DNA of 64,000 nt, taken from IMG/VR virus record IMGVR_UViG_3300037307_000895; one strand, 5' to 3'. Shown in pieces: positions 9,071-19,552 of the stretch. The DNA comes from an uncultured virus (IMG/VR IMGVR_UViG_3300037307_000895) (Duplodnaviria; Heunggongvirae; Uroviricota; Caudoviricetes). Under the pieces are notes generated by a model. The model worked only from the letters and a program-made list of their open reading frames with translations, did no database searches and was not told the origin of the DNA. The first letter of the stretch is position 1. Each line of letters opens with the position of its first letter. A program made the translations under genes and the position numbers.

Positions 9071-12000
9071 ATGCCGACTCAAACTTCTTATCATACTGTA
9101 GCAGAACAGGTAATTACGTTTAATAATAATTTAATAGAGACTCTATCAAAAATAAATCAATTGGCTACTACGGACGAGTCTACCATTACAGTTAATATTA
9201 CCGATCAATCTGGAATTGTTAGACAGTTTTCTATACCATCTTTTAATTTTTTAAAATCTGAGATAGATAGATTAAATAATAATATTAATTCTATTTATAA
9301 TATTGATAGTACGGGTGCTATGATACAAACATCATCCTCTAACAAATTTAAAAAGGTTGTAACTGTTGATCTTAATAGAGAACCCAATGATATATCTAGT
9401 TTAAATAGTATATCTACTTTCTATTCTAATAAAAATTGGTTTTTTGAGGGATTAATGAATCCTGAATTAACCATTGAAATAGATTTAAGTCAAAAAATAG
9501 AGGAAAATGTTAGAAAAATTTTAAGTAGAAGATATATCGTTGAGTTTGAGAAAGATAGTACAGGTAGTTTTACTACAACTGGTCAATCTGCATTAAATAG
9601 TTTTAATACCTTATTTAGAAATAATAATGCAATTGTTTTAAATGAATTTGAAACTTGGCATAGAACAACACCTGGTGTTTTGAATCCTGATAGTCCTACT
9701 TATGATGAACAAATGTTTGACTTATTACCTAATCAAGTCGAATACAATGGTTTATTTACTGTTGTGAAGACTGAAGAAGATACATTGAATAGGAAATTAT
9801 GGTATCATTTAAACACTTTAGATTATGTTAACAATTTAACAGGAGAAGTTAGACAATTAAATGTTGGTAATGAATTAATCATAAATAGCTCTATTGCTAC
9901 TACAAAATATAAAATAGTAGAAGTGTCTACTGTTTCTTCTAATCCTAAAGTTAGATTAGAAAGAGTAGAAGGTAATGATCCTATTCCAGTTGGGTTGAAT
10001 ACACTTAAAATATATTCATCTGTTTTTTATAATAAAAGAGTTAGGGTATCAATAGGGTATGATGAAAGAAATGTTATTTTTATCAAGCCATTGAATATGG
10101 ATAATTTTTTATTATCAAGAAATTGGAGTAGTGGAACTGGATTTTGGACTAATGATCTTAGATTATCATCGAATGATACTTATAATGGATCAACTATGGA
10201 AAAATTCTATGTTGATAATGTTTATGACTATGGCCAAGTTATTAAAGATTTGGTGGCAAAAAAGATACCAAATACTTTATCAACTCCTCCAAATTCTCCA
10301 ACTCTAAATCCTGCTAATTTTAAAGTTCTTCAAATAAATAAGCATTTAACTGATAATTCAGATTCAAATTTATTGAAGAATAAAAATAATCAACAGAAAT
10401 CTTTAAAGTCTGAAATTGACCAAATTAATGAGGCTATTTCTGAAAAGAATAAACAATTAAGAGTTACAAGATTCTCATCTGATGCGGCACGCAAACAATT
10501 TGAAAATGAATTGGATAGATTAATTAAAAGTAAAGATACTAAAACTAAAGCTTTGAATAGTTTAGTAGCTGAAATATTGGAAATATCAAATGCTGCCGGT
10601 AGTTCTGCTGATTATAAATTCAGATTAAGAGGATTCTGGGATATTCCTTTACCAGTAGTAACCAAAGGAACAAAACCTCAAGAGGTTATACAATTTATAA
10701 TCGAATATAGATATTTAAGTATCGATGGTAAAGAAACACCAATTGAAACATTTACCATTGATAATGATAACAATAAAACCGCTTCTTTTTCTAACTGGGT
10801 ACAATTAAAATCAGAGGTTAGAAGTAGAACATTTAATCCTGAAACAGGGGAATATACTTGGGATCCTGAAGATATTTCAAATCCTGATGCTGTTAATATA
10901 AATCAGGTAGATATACCTATAACTTATAATGAGAGAGTAGAATTAAGAGTTAAATCTGTATCTGAAGTTGGATGGCCAGAATCGCCCGTGATGTCGGACT
11001 GGTCTGATGTTATATCAATTGATTTCCCAGAAGAATTGAGTAATAATTTAAATCAAACTGATGCTATTATTACTGATGCTAATAAAGAGGATATTAAGTC
11101 TAGTATTGAATCTGATCTTAGTGCAAAGGGTTTAGATGTTCATCTATCTGAAACAACTGTAGTTAATAATAAACAATATTTACATACTACTTCAACCATT
11201 TTATCTGGATTTAAAGATTCAAATGGAACTGCTTTAGATTTATTTGAATATCTTTCATTTTTAGAGAATAGAATCAAATCATTAGAAGAACAAATTAAGA
11301 GAGCTAAGGGTGAACTTGAAGTTATTGTATTTAGAAATTCGGAACAATTTATAGTTAAAAATGGTTCAGAGTTAACATTCACTATTGAGTGTGAAGATTA
11401 TTTGGATTCCTATGTAGCAACAGGAGTTCCAACTGGCAGAGTTTATGCTAATAATATTTATTTAATCAAGGATTTCTTATTAAAAGTTAGAAATAAATCT
11501 GCAGATTCTCCTTTAGGATTATTATCAAATAGAACTTACGTTAATTCCACAAACACGGATGTTTATAATCAAAGTGCTCCGCAGATTTTTTGGGTTAATG
11601 ACCAAAACGAATTAATATTTTCAAATGTGACAGGTGATACAAAAACACAATTAGATAATCAATTTATATGGATGGTAAACTATGACAGTGTAAACCAAAC
11701 AGCAATTACTAAGTTATCTGATAATGTTGGTAATAACTTTATACAGTCAAATAGTAATTCTATAACTAGTATATTATCCTCATCTGAATTTAATACAGGA
11801 TACTCAGAAAATTCAATATTAACATTTGTTGGGAACAATAACTCATTAATGGATGTTTCTAAATGGATAGATAATACAATAAGTGTATCTAGTACAAATA
11901 AATTATTAACCACAGTACATCCATCTATCCCAAGATTGGAAAATATTGTAGAGACAAATGCTGAAAAAGTTAGAACACTTGATGGAGGTGCTCAAAGTGA

Positions 12001-12256
12001 TATTGATATTCCAATTAATATTTACTTTAAAATGAATGCGTTGGATCCTAGTCAAAATGGATTAAACTATCAATATATTAATTTAAATTCAGCTAAGACT
12101 ACAATCAGACATACTAAAAAGATAAAGTTTTTATTAGAATCTGATGTTGATAATAGGCCATTTGTATTCACTATTAAGTTTGTGATGAATAGGAATAAGG
12201 TTGTTTTGAATAAAGTTTTAACTCCAGTTCCTAAGAAAATAATAGAAACAATATAA
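9071..12256 (+). CDS. Large probable virion structural protein (coiled coil plus beta-rich regions)
   Basis: 1061 aa, N/S/T-rich, preceded by TAATATATA at 9042; function inferred from composition and context. Confidence 0.55.
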   Translation: MPTQTSYHTVAEQVITFNNNLIETLSKINQLATTDESTITVNITDQSGIVRQFSIPSFNFLKSEIDRLNNNINSIYNIDSTGAMIQTSSSNKFKKVVTVDLNREPNDISSLNSISTFYSNKNWFFEGLMNPELTIEIDLSQKIEENVRKILSRRYIVEFEKDSTGSFTTTGQSALNSFNTLFRNNNAIVLNEFETWHRTTPGVLNPDSPTYDEQMFDLLPNQVEYNGLFTVVKTEEDTLNRKLWYHLNTLDYVNNLTGEVRQLNVGNELIINSSIATTKYKIVEVSTVSSNPKVRLERVEGNDPIPVGLNTLKIYSSVFYNKRVRVSIGYDERNVIFIKPLNMDNFLLSRNWSSGTGFWTNDLRLSSNDTYNGSTMEKFYVDNVYDYGQVIKDLVAKKIPNTLSTPPNSPTLNPANFKVLQINKHLTDNSDSNLLKNKNNQQKSLKSEIDQINEAISEKNKQLRVTRFSSDAARKQFENELDRLIKSKDTKTKALNSLVAEILEISNAAGSSADYKFRLRGFWDIPLPVVTKGTKPQEVIQFIIEYRYLSIDGKETPIETFTIDNDNNKTASFSNWVQLKSEVRSRTFNPETGEYTWDPEDISNPDAVNINQVDIPITYNERVELRVKSVSEVGWPESPVMSDWSDVISIDFPEELSNNLNQTDAIITDANKEDIKSSIESDLSAKGLDVHLSETTVVNNKQYLHTTSTILSGFKDSNGTALDLFEYLSFLENRIKSLEEQIKRAKGELEVIVFRNSEQFIVKNGSELTFTIECEDYLDSYVATGVPTGRVYANNIYLIKDFLLKVRNKSADSPLGLLSNRTYVNSTNTDVYNQSAPQIFWVNDQNELIFSNVTGDTKTQLDNQFIWMVNYDSVNQTAITKLSDNVGNNFIQSNSNSITSILSSSEFNTGYSENSILTFVGNNNSLMDVSKWIDNTISVSSTNKLLTTVHPSIPRLENIVETNAEKVRTLDGGAQSDIDIPINIYFKMNALDPSQNGLNYQYINLNSAKTTIRHTKKIKFLLESDVDNRPFVFTIKFVMNRNKVVLNKVLTPVPKKIIETI

Positions 12257-12259
12257 TAA

Positions 12260-15200
12260 ATGAATAGTTTTTCGATATTAAGGACCAATGTTGGATTAAC
12301 CACAAATATTAAAATAATGGTAGGTGGTAATTATAATTTGTATTTAGAATCTATTGATTCTGATCCACAATTGTCTGTAAGTAGATATAAAAAATTTAGT
12401 ATTAATAAAGATACTTATTATGATGAGGTTCTACCTTCTTTTTATAAAGAAACTCCTATCGATATAGCATTTAAGGTTAAATATGATGAGGATAATGATA
12501 ATATGTTCAATACTTTTGATAAGCAATTTGACGATACTTATCAAATGGGATGTAGAAATATTATTAATAATAAAAACTATAATGAAGAATTTGAATGCTT
12601 CGCTCCTTTATATGTGGGTTCTGATTCTTTTCCTAAAAAATTTGTTATTTTCAGAATTGATGGTCCAGGTTTAATAAGTTTGAGTAGAGATAATTTTCAA
12701 GAAGAAATTGTAAATAAATTAAAATGTGTTAAAGTTTTTGATTTAACTAGAAGTACTCCACTTGGAGAATGGATAGATAATAATTTCCTTAATAATCAAT
12801 ATTATCCTAAATCTCCATTTTATATGGATTTTAGAAGCTTAGAGTTTTCCTCTTGGAATGGTATTGATTATGAAGTCGGTGGGTACACTGCTAAATCATT
12901 CTTTTTGGACTCGACATTAGAGTATGAGAATACTTTTTTTGATATGGAAAAAATGATTTATGATGGATATAAAAACAATAAAGTTGTTTTTCCTAATATT
13001 TTAAATTTAAGTTTTTTATTTGATGATACTCCAGCAACTCCTGATGAATTGAGAAAATGGAGCATTAATCGATATATGGGTTTCTATATGGATGATATGG
13101 AATTAATTGATAGTTTTAGTCCATATTCATTACCACCCGTTAGAACCGATGTTTCTATTTTAGGCGGTAATATTTTAATAAGTCAATCTAATGAAAATCC
13201 ATTTACCGAAGATTGGGATAATATTAAAAATCCATTAGTCGAAATAGATGGACAATTTTATAAAGTTGAAAAATATTCAAGAACATATTCTCCTGATTTC
13301 TTTAAAACAAAATTATCTAAAACTGTATATAGTGATGAAATAAGACAATCTGAAAGGGATTTTTATAAGATAATTAGTGATAGAGACTTATCTGGTTTGA
13401 CTGCATCTTCTATTAATTCAAATACCGTTTTAATAAATAGTGATTCAAATGGATATTATATCGAGTTTGTTAATGGATATGAGTTGATTCCCGATTATGA
13501 TACAGCAGATGTTTGGATAATTGATATAGATAATAAATATCATGTTATTAAAAAAATAGATAATAAATATTATCTAAATAGCGACTATGGATTTAGTTTA
13601 AGTTCAGATAGATTACAATACTGGATAAATAATATAGATCCTAGTTATAGAACTTCAATATTACTTGATCCTTCGAATAACTTAATATCATTTAAACTAT
13701 ACAGATGTAAATTTACTGACATAAAAGATTTTGATACATCAATTGTAGAAACAGAATTTTCCAGATATGAATATGAAAATCAACTAAGACTTACAAATAA
13801 CGATGAGCCTAAGTTATATTCTACTGATTATGATAGTGATATTAATCCAAGGAGTTATAATGATTATATAATAGATGGGAAGGTGGTGAATGTTCCTTGT
13901 TCATCTGAATATACCGCTAATGGAGAAACATTTAGATTGGTTGACAATGAACTATCCCAATTATGGAGAAAAAATCCTGTTAGAGTTAAATGGGGATACC
14001 AAAATTCATTATCATCATATGATTATCCTTATTTACTAAATAATTCTTTCTTATCAGACGATTTTAATCGAACTGTTAATTCTTTTAATCCAACTCCTAA
14101 TAGAATTGAAAGGAATATGGACTGGTTTTATACTATTAATTCAGCGTCAGCTTCTTACACATATCATAGTTTGCATGTAGAGAATGTGGTGGATGGTAAT
14201 ATAGATAATAACTTTGAATTTGATTTAAGTAGTTATATTAATATTAATTATGATTATTTTTCTTATTTTTTCGGAAAGAAATCATCTTTTAATTATGGAT
14301 CTGATACCTTTAATACCAATAAATATTCATTATTTGAAGTTGGTGATAATGTTATTCCAAATTCAACATTATTTAGAGGATTAAAAATAGAATTGCAGAA
14401 TGTAACAGATATAAAATTATCAGATGGTGTAATTGATAATATTAATTTATCAAGTAATAACACATTTCAAGGATACAAATTTTCTACTTTATTGTCTAAA
14501 AATGACTATAAGATTATAGCCTCACAATCAAATTTATCATATGGAATTTTAACTCCGATTTCTAATAATATGGAATGGTATATTATTGATAATTGGTCTT
14601 ATAATAAAGATTATAATCAAGGAGACATTGTAATGTATCAGGATATATTATATATGGCATCAACATTTTCTAATATTAATGATCCAAATTTTAATCCTGG
14701 TAATTTATCATCGTGGACTCCTGATTTATCCACATCCACTATTTTGGGGTATACTTATTCTATTTTATGGGGACCAAGTCAATCATATTCAAATGGTAAT
14801 GTAGTTTATAATAATGGTGAATATTATTACTATCAAAGCTTAAACGGATACACATTTTGGATTCCGGGAAAATTATATTTTACTAATGATATAGTTATTT
14901 ATCAAGGAAGAAAATGGAGAGCAAATACTAATAATATAGTTCAACCTAATTCTTCTGTTTTAAGAACAGATGTTGCGATAACTGATCCAAATCCTTATCA
15001 TTGGACTGAGGTACAATCTGATACTGATTGGAACTTGGTTGAGATATGGACTCCTACTTATAGGTATGAGGAAAATGGGATTATAAAAAATAGTCAATTT
15101 TTTGCTACCCCAGTTTATCCTTATTGTGTCTATAACGATGTTTTATACCAATTTAATCCAATTGGTCCTACTTTTTCATCGGGTGATGTGCCAGGAACTT

Positions 15201-16207
15201 CTGTATTATGGACAAGAGTTTATGGATTAGAGCCCGATACTAATTTTGTCTATACTCCAATATCTAATCCTATAGTAAAGCTAAATAATAGATATTATGT
15301 TTCGACATCCAATACTGATAATTCAACTCTTGATAGCGGTATAACTATTTATATTAATAAAAAATGGAAAAATGTATTGGTTAATATCTATGTAAATGAT
15401 AATACATTATCTAATTTATCAAATTCTAATAGAGATGAAATATATAGTGATTTATATTCTAATTTTACTGCTGTAAATTTTGTAAAAGCAATAAGTGATT
15501 TTTCAGAAAAATATGGTTTTAGTGATTATCTACAGTATGTTATTATTAGAGAAGACGGCACTATAAATACTTACAAGTTTGGTGATAATATATTTGAATT
15601 GCCTTATATGTTAACTTATCAAGCTCCTGATGTTATTTATAGTAGAGTTCAATCATTAAGTATTAATCCTATTTCTCTTGAGAGTAGTCAATATAAATCA
15701 AATCGCCAATTAGATAATGGAAATATTATCACTATAGATATGATTAATTATTATAATGGTAATAAATTAGCCACCACAATAGATAGAAGAAAAGATGATC
15801 AGGAGTTAATAATTAATTACCATGGGTTAAAGAATAATATTTATAACACTATGTATAGGTATAGTGGATATTATAATCCAATTTTTTATAACATACAATT
15901 ATTTAAAGCGCCAGGATTGAGCTCTTCTATAATAGGGAATTATAAATTTGACACATCTTTAACAAGATTTGGTATAATTAAAGAGAGAGTTATGTCTAAA
16001 ATAAATATAAAGGATAATATTTTGAAATTGAGATTTAATCCTGATATTAAATCTATATATCCCATGATAGATGAATTTGGATATACATTCAAAGATTATT
16101 TTATATTTAAGTCAACTTGGGATAACGAATATTATTTTGAGTGCTTAAACATTGATCAATCTGATATATCAGATATATCAACAAATAAAATATTAAGAGC
16201 TGAATAA
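12260..16207 (+). CDS. Large probable virion protein with CBM5/12-like repeats
   Basis: 1315 aa; repeats WSYNKDYNQGDIVMYQDILY, WGPSQSYSNGNVVYNNGEYY, WIPGKLYFTNDIVIYQGRKW. Confidence 0.55.
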   Translation: MNSFSILRTNVGLTTNIKIMVGGNYNLYLESIDSDPQLSVSRYKKFSINKDTYYDEVLPSFYKETPIDIAFKVKYDEDNDNMFNTFDKQFDDTYQMGCRNIINNKNYNEEFECFAPLYVGSDSFPKKFVIFRIDGPGLISLSRDNFQEEIVNKLKCVKVFDLTRSTPLGEWIDNNFLNNQYYPKSPFYMDFRSLEFSSWNGIDYEVGGYTAKSFFLDSTLEYENTFFDMEKMIYDGYKNNKVVFPNILNLSFLFDDTPATPDELRKWSINRYMGFYMDDMELIDSFSPYSLPPVRTDVSILGGNILISQSNENPFTEDWDNIKNPLVEIDGQFYKVEKYSRTYSPDFFKTKLSKTVYSDEIRQSERDFYKIISDRDLSGLTASSINSNTVLINSDSNGYYIEFVNGYELIPDYDTADVWIIDIDNKYHVIKKIDNKYYLNSDYGFSLSSDRLQYWINNIDPSYRTSILLDPSNNLISFKLYRCKFTDIKDFDTSIVETEFSRYEYENQLRLTNNDEPKLYSTDYDSDINPRSYNDYIIDGKVVNVPCSSEYTANGETFRLVDNELSQLWRKNPVRVKWGYQNSLSSYDYPYLLNNSFLSDDFNRTVNSFNPTPNRIERNMDWFYTINSASASYTYHSLHVENVVDGNIDNNFEFDLSSYININYDYFSYFFGKKSSFNYGSDTFNTNKYSLFEVGDNVIPNSTLFRGLKIELQNVTDIKLSDGVIDNINLSSNNTFQGYKFSTLLSKNDYKIIASQSNLSYGILTPISNNMEWYIIDNWSYNKDYNQGDIVMYQDILYMASTFSNINDPNFNPGNLSSWTPDLSTSTILGYTYSILWGPSQSYSNGNVVYNNGEYYYYQSLNGYTFWIPGKLYFTNDIVIYQGRKWRANTNNIVQPNSSVLRTDVAITDPNPYHWTEVQSDTDWNLVEIWTPTYRYEENGIIKNSQFFATPVYPYCVYNDVLYQFNPIGPTFSSGDVPGTSVLWTRVYGLEPDTNFVYTPISNPIVKLNNRYYVSTSNTDNSTLDSGITIYINKKWKNVLVNIYVNDNTLSNLSNSNRDEIYSDLYSNFTAVNFVKAISDFSEKYGFSDYLQYVIIREDGTINTYKFGDNIFELPYMLTYQAPDVIYSRVQSLSINPISLESSQYKSNRQLDNGNIITIDMINYYNGNKLATTIDRRKDDQELIINYHGLKNNIYNTMYRYSGYYNPIFYNIQLFKAPGLSSSIIGNYKFDTSLTRFGIIKERVMSKINIKDNILKLRFNPDIKSIYPMIDEFGYTFKDYFIFKSTWDNEYYFECLNIDQSDISDISTNKILRAE

Positions 16208-16893
16208 TGAGAAGAAATTATATATCACCTGAATATAAGTATCAAACTAAGAATGGTACTTTTAATATGATAGAGCAAACTTCTTTTTTTGGCTCTAAGA
16301 TGATCGACATATTCGATAGAATCTCTGTATCTAATGAGAATTTAATCTATTATCAGAATTCAAATTTTGAACAATTGAATTTTACATCGGAAAAGAATCT
16401 AAGTCCGATAGTTTATTCAACTATACAAGATAAATTAAATAATCATACGATTGTTAAAGATGCGGCTCAAAGTTCTACCCAAGAAAATTATAATACCAGA
16501 TGGATTATAGAAATAAATATTAAAACGATATTAAGTAACTACTTATTTGCGACTTTAAAAAAATATAGAACTTTTGAAGGTGTTAGAAATTCAATTACAT
16601 TATATAACAATGTTAATACTGCCGTATCTGAGTATGTTTCTAAAAATATTATTAATAGGTATAAATATTCAAACATTGAATTTTTTGTTGAATATGAAAA
16701 TTTCTCACAAGATGGATCTCTTAGGTTTAAAAATGATTTTATTGAATTGACCAATTCATCACTTCAAACAAATAAAATACAAGCTATATTGAGTGATGAT
16801 GAATCTAAATTAAAGATAATCTTTAATCAAGAAAAACCATCTTCAGATTATAATTTTAATTATTATTTTAATTTATATTTTGATAAAATATGA
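16207..16893 (+). CDS. Hypothetical probable structural protein
   Basis: 228 aa, translationally coupled to upstream gene. Confidence 0.55.
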   Translation: MRRNYISPEYKYQTKNGTFNMIEQTSFFGSKMIDIFDRISVSNENLIYYQNSNFEQLNFTSEKNLSPIVYSTIQDKLNNHTIVKDAAQSSTQENYNTRWIIEINIKTILSNYLFATLKKYRTFEGVRNSITLYNNVNTAVSEYVSKNIINRYKYSNIEFFVEYENFSQDGSLRFKNDFIELTNSSLQTNKIQAILSDDESKLKIIFNQEKPSSDYNFNYYFNLYFDKI

Positions 16894-17249
16894 AACAAGA
16901 TAGCATATATGAAAATTTAGTTAATATTCTTAATTTATTTAAGGATAGGCCTTATCATCTTGCTAAATATTTAATGGATAACAATGCTTTTAATGATAAA
17001 TTTCTATCAAAAGTTGAAAAAGCTAGAATTGATATTGTTACTGATATGAACTTTAAAGATATAAGTCAAATGCAAGATTATTATAATTCTATATTAGATG
17101 AGAATCTGATGAACAGAAAAAAAACTTTTCAGGAAGTTATATCAGACTTAAATAATAAATTGAATAAATTAATTGAAGAGGAAAAGTATGAAGATGCTTC
17201 TTACCTACGAGATTATATGATTAAACATAATATTCCAAGATTCAAATAA
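16890..17249 (+). CDS. Protein with C-terminal UvrB/UvrC (UVR) coiled-coil motif
   Basis: LNKLIEEEKYEDASYLRD. Confidence 0.65.
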   Translation: MKQDSIYENLVNILNLFKDRPYHLAKYLMDNNAFNDKFLSKVEKARIDIVTDMNFKDISQMQDYYNSILDENLMNRKKTFQEVISDLNNKLNKLIEEEKYEDASYLRDYMIKHNIPRFK

Positions 17250-17306
17250 GTTCCTCATCAACTTTTTATATATTATTAAATAGAATAATTATTAAAAACG
17301 GAAATT

Positions 17307-18398
17307 ATGAATAGAAAATTTATTACTAAGAAGCTTAAGATGATGGAATTAAGCGAAGACTTTGATTTTGACATGGAGAAGTATGAAAGGGAATTTGAAA
17401 TAAAAAATTCGTTACTTCAAAAAATGTATGATGGCTATGAATTCGATGCTCCGGAGCATGGACAAATTGTAAATGCTACCTATGTTGGAGTAACCAATGA
17501 TTACTTTATGTTCGAAGCTTCATTTAAAGATTACATTAGAGTAGAAAACAGACCTAATGAAGCTAAGTACCTCAAAAATACCAATATTGGAGATAAGTTG
17601 GATGTCGCCATTGTTGAGTTAAATGAAGAAAAGTATATTATTAGGGGTAGTTTATCTGCTCTCTATGAAACACGAGCACACGAAACACTCAAATCAATTG
17701 ACGAAGATCAACACGTTAGTGTCTTCATAAGAGAATCAACACCGGCCGGATACAATGTTGATATTCTTTATGAGGGTGTAACTCTTCCAGGATTTATGCC
17801 AAATACGTTGGCTGGTATAAACAAACTTTACGATGTTGACTCAATTGTAGGTAAAAGTTTAGAGGTAATGATCGAATCATTCTCTAGAGAAGAGGGCACT
17901 TATATTGTTAGTCGTAGAAAATATCTTCAGACTTTAATACCAGAGGCAATTAAAGAATTAAAGAGAGGAGAAGTCTATAACGGACACGTTACTGGAACAA
18001 CACCTTTCGGAGTATTCGTAGAATTTGGTGAATGCTTAACAGGAATGATACATAAAACAAATATCAATCCAGATTGGCAAGATAAGATTAGTCAAATTCA
18101 AACTGGAACTGAAATTAATTTCTATGTTAAAGAGATTATAAAAGATAAAATTATCTTGACTCAAATTTTGAGAGAATCTCTTTGGGACACAATCAAAGTT
18201 GGACAAACTTTAGAAGGTAAAGTTAGGGATAATAAACAGTTTGGAACCCTAGTTCAATTGGATGATGAGACTATCGGACTTATTCATGTCTCTGAATTAG
18301 AAAAGACTAATGGAGAAATTAAATCTGGTCAATCCATTAAGGTTAAAGTCATCGCCGTCGATAGACATAATCGAAAAATCTTCTTAACAGTAATGTAA
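17307..18398 (+). CDS. Ribosomal protein S1-like multi-S1-domain protein
   Basis: About four S1 repeats: GFMP..., VSRRKYL, GHVTGTTPFGVFVEF...GMIH, GKV...FGTLVQL...GLIHVSEL...VKVIAVD...KIFL. Confidence 0.85.
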   Translation: MNRKFITKKLKMMELSEDFDFDMEKYEREFEIKNSLLQKMYDGYEFDAPEHGQIVNATYVGVTNDYFMFEASFKDYIRVENRPNEAKYLKNTNIGDKLDVAIVELNEEKYIIRGSLSALYETRAHETLKSIDEDQHVSVFIRESTPAGYNVDILYEGVTLPGFMPNTLAGINKLYDVDSIVGKSLEVMIESFSREEGTYIVSRRKYLQTLIPEAIKELKRGEVYNGHVTGTTPFGVFVEFGECLTGMIHKTNINPDWQDKISQIQTGTEINFYVKEIIKDKIILTQILRESLWDTIKVGQTLEGKVRDNKQFGTLVQLDDETIGLIHVSELEKTNGEIKSGQSIKVKVIAVDRHNRKIFLTVM

Positions 18399-18404
18399 AA
18401 ACAG

Positions 18405-18429
18405 AAACCCCTCAAATGAGGGGTTTTTT
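18405..18429. terminator. Intrinsic terminator between convergent genes
   Basis: aaacccctc-aaat-gaggggttt plus T-tract. Confidence 0.85.
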
Positions 18430-18433
18430 ATTT

Positions 18434-18922
18434 TTATAGGTTGAACTTTTTTTTCATTTTTTCAGTAAATTCTAAACCTTTGGTTCTGAAAAAATTTGAT
18501 GGTGGATAATTTAATGAGAAAAAGTTAGGACTTCTTAACATTTTTCTAATAGGTAGTCTTTTTTCATTTTCGATCCATTCTGATATTTCAGTTAATGATT
18601 TAGGGATAAACCACCAATAGTATTCTTCTCCACCATGTATTCTAACATCATATTCTTCTTTTAAAATTTCATTAACTGATTCAGTGGTATACATCATATA
18701 TGTTTGGTGATAGTATTTCCAATCTCTACCAGTTAACTTTTCAACTAATTCCCAATAAAAATCATTATAGTCTTTGGCTCTTTGGTTGTGTTGAACTGGG
18801 TCATAATCATGTTTTCCTTTGACTACATTTATACCATCTGCATAGAATCTGACTCTATAAATATTATAGTTTGATTTATTAAACGATTCATCGTATCTAT
18901 CGAATTCTTGTATGTGTTTCAT
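18434..18922 (-). CDS. Hypothetical protein, N-terminal MKHIQEFDRYDES tag
   Basis: ORF 162 aa. Confidence 0.65.
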   Translation of the reverse strand: MKHIQEFDRYDESFNKSNYNIYRVRFYADGINVVKGKHDYDPVQHNQRAKDYNDFYWELVEKLTGRDWKYYHQTYMMYTTESVNEILKEEYDVRIHGGEEYYWWFIPKSLTEISEWIENEKRLPIRKMLRSPNFFSLNYPPSNFFRTKGLEFTEKMKKKFNL

Positions 18923-19215
18923 AATTCAGATGATTTTACAACATTTATCTTTTCAAAATCTGCACCCATAAACTCCGATATAAAATCTAATCTTTTATCT
19001 GCAGATGTTTCACTAGCATCATCAATTACATAAGTAATATCAGTATGACCTTTTGACAATAGAGTTTTTAGTGTTGATATAACTCCTGAGTTAGAGTTTC
19101 TACCATAAATTGTAGCATCTTTATATGTAGATGTGACTAAAGGATAAACTCCTTCATCACATACTACAAATTTTGTATCACTACCGTAACTTTCAAAAGT
19201 TTTTATGTGTTTCAT
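18919..19215 (-). CDS. Hypothetical protein, N-terminal MKHIKTFES tag
   Basis: ORF 98 aa. Confidence 0.65.
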   Translation of the reverse strand: MKHIKTFESYGSDTKFVVCDEGVYPLVTSTYKDATIYGRNSNSGVISTLKTLLSKGHTDITYVIDDASETSADKRLDFISEFMGADFEKINVVKSSEL

Positions 19216-19538
19216 TATTTTATTAAATTTTTTGGATATGCATTTTCAATAGAACTCATATCTATGGCTTCAGATGCACCTTCTTGCATAAACTCTTGAG
19301 CAAAATCAGTTAGACTTACATTGTGTTTTATTTTCTCAATAATATCTTTGCGATAAGCATCAATATGATTTTGTACTTCTTCAACCATATATCCTAATAT
19401 TTCCTGACCATCTTTTGTAGTCTTTAAATATTCTATTTCATTATCACACTTGACATCACTCAAGATACTAAATATCAATTCCTTTGATGTAGGCAGTTTA
19501 TTTTCCATATTAGATTCATTAAATCTTTTAATTTTCAT
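19215..19538 (-). CDS. Hypothetical protein, N-terminal MKIKRFNES tag
   Basis: ORF 107 aa. Confidence 0.65.
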   Translation of the reverse strand: MKIKRFNESNMENKLPTSKELIFSILSDVKCDNEIEYLKTTKDGQEILGYMVEEVQNHIDAYRKDIIEKIKHNVSLTDFAQEFMQEGASEAIDMSSIENAYPKNLIK

Positions 19539-19552
19539 ACTTTAATATTATT

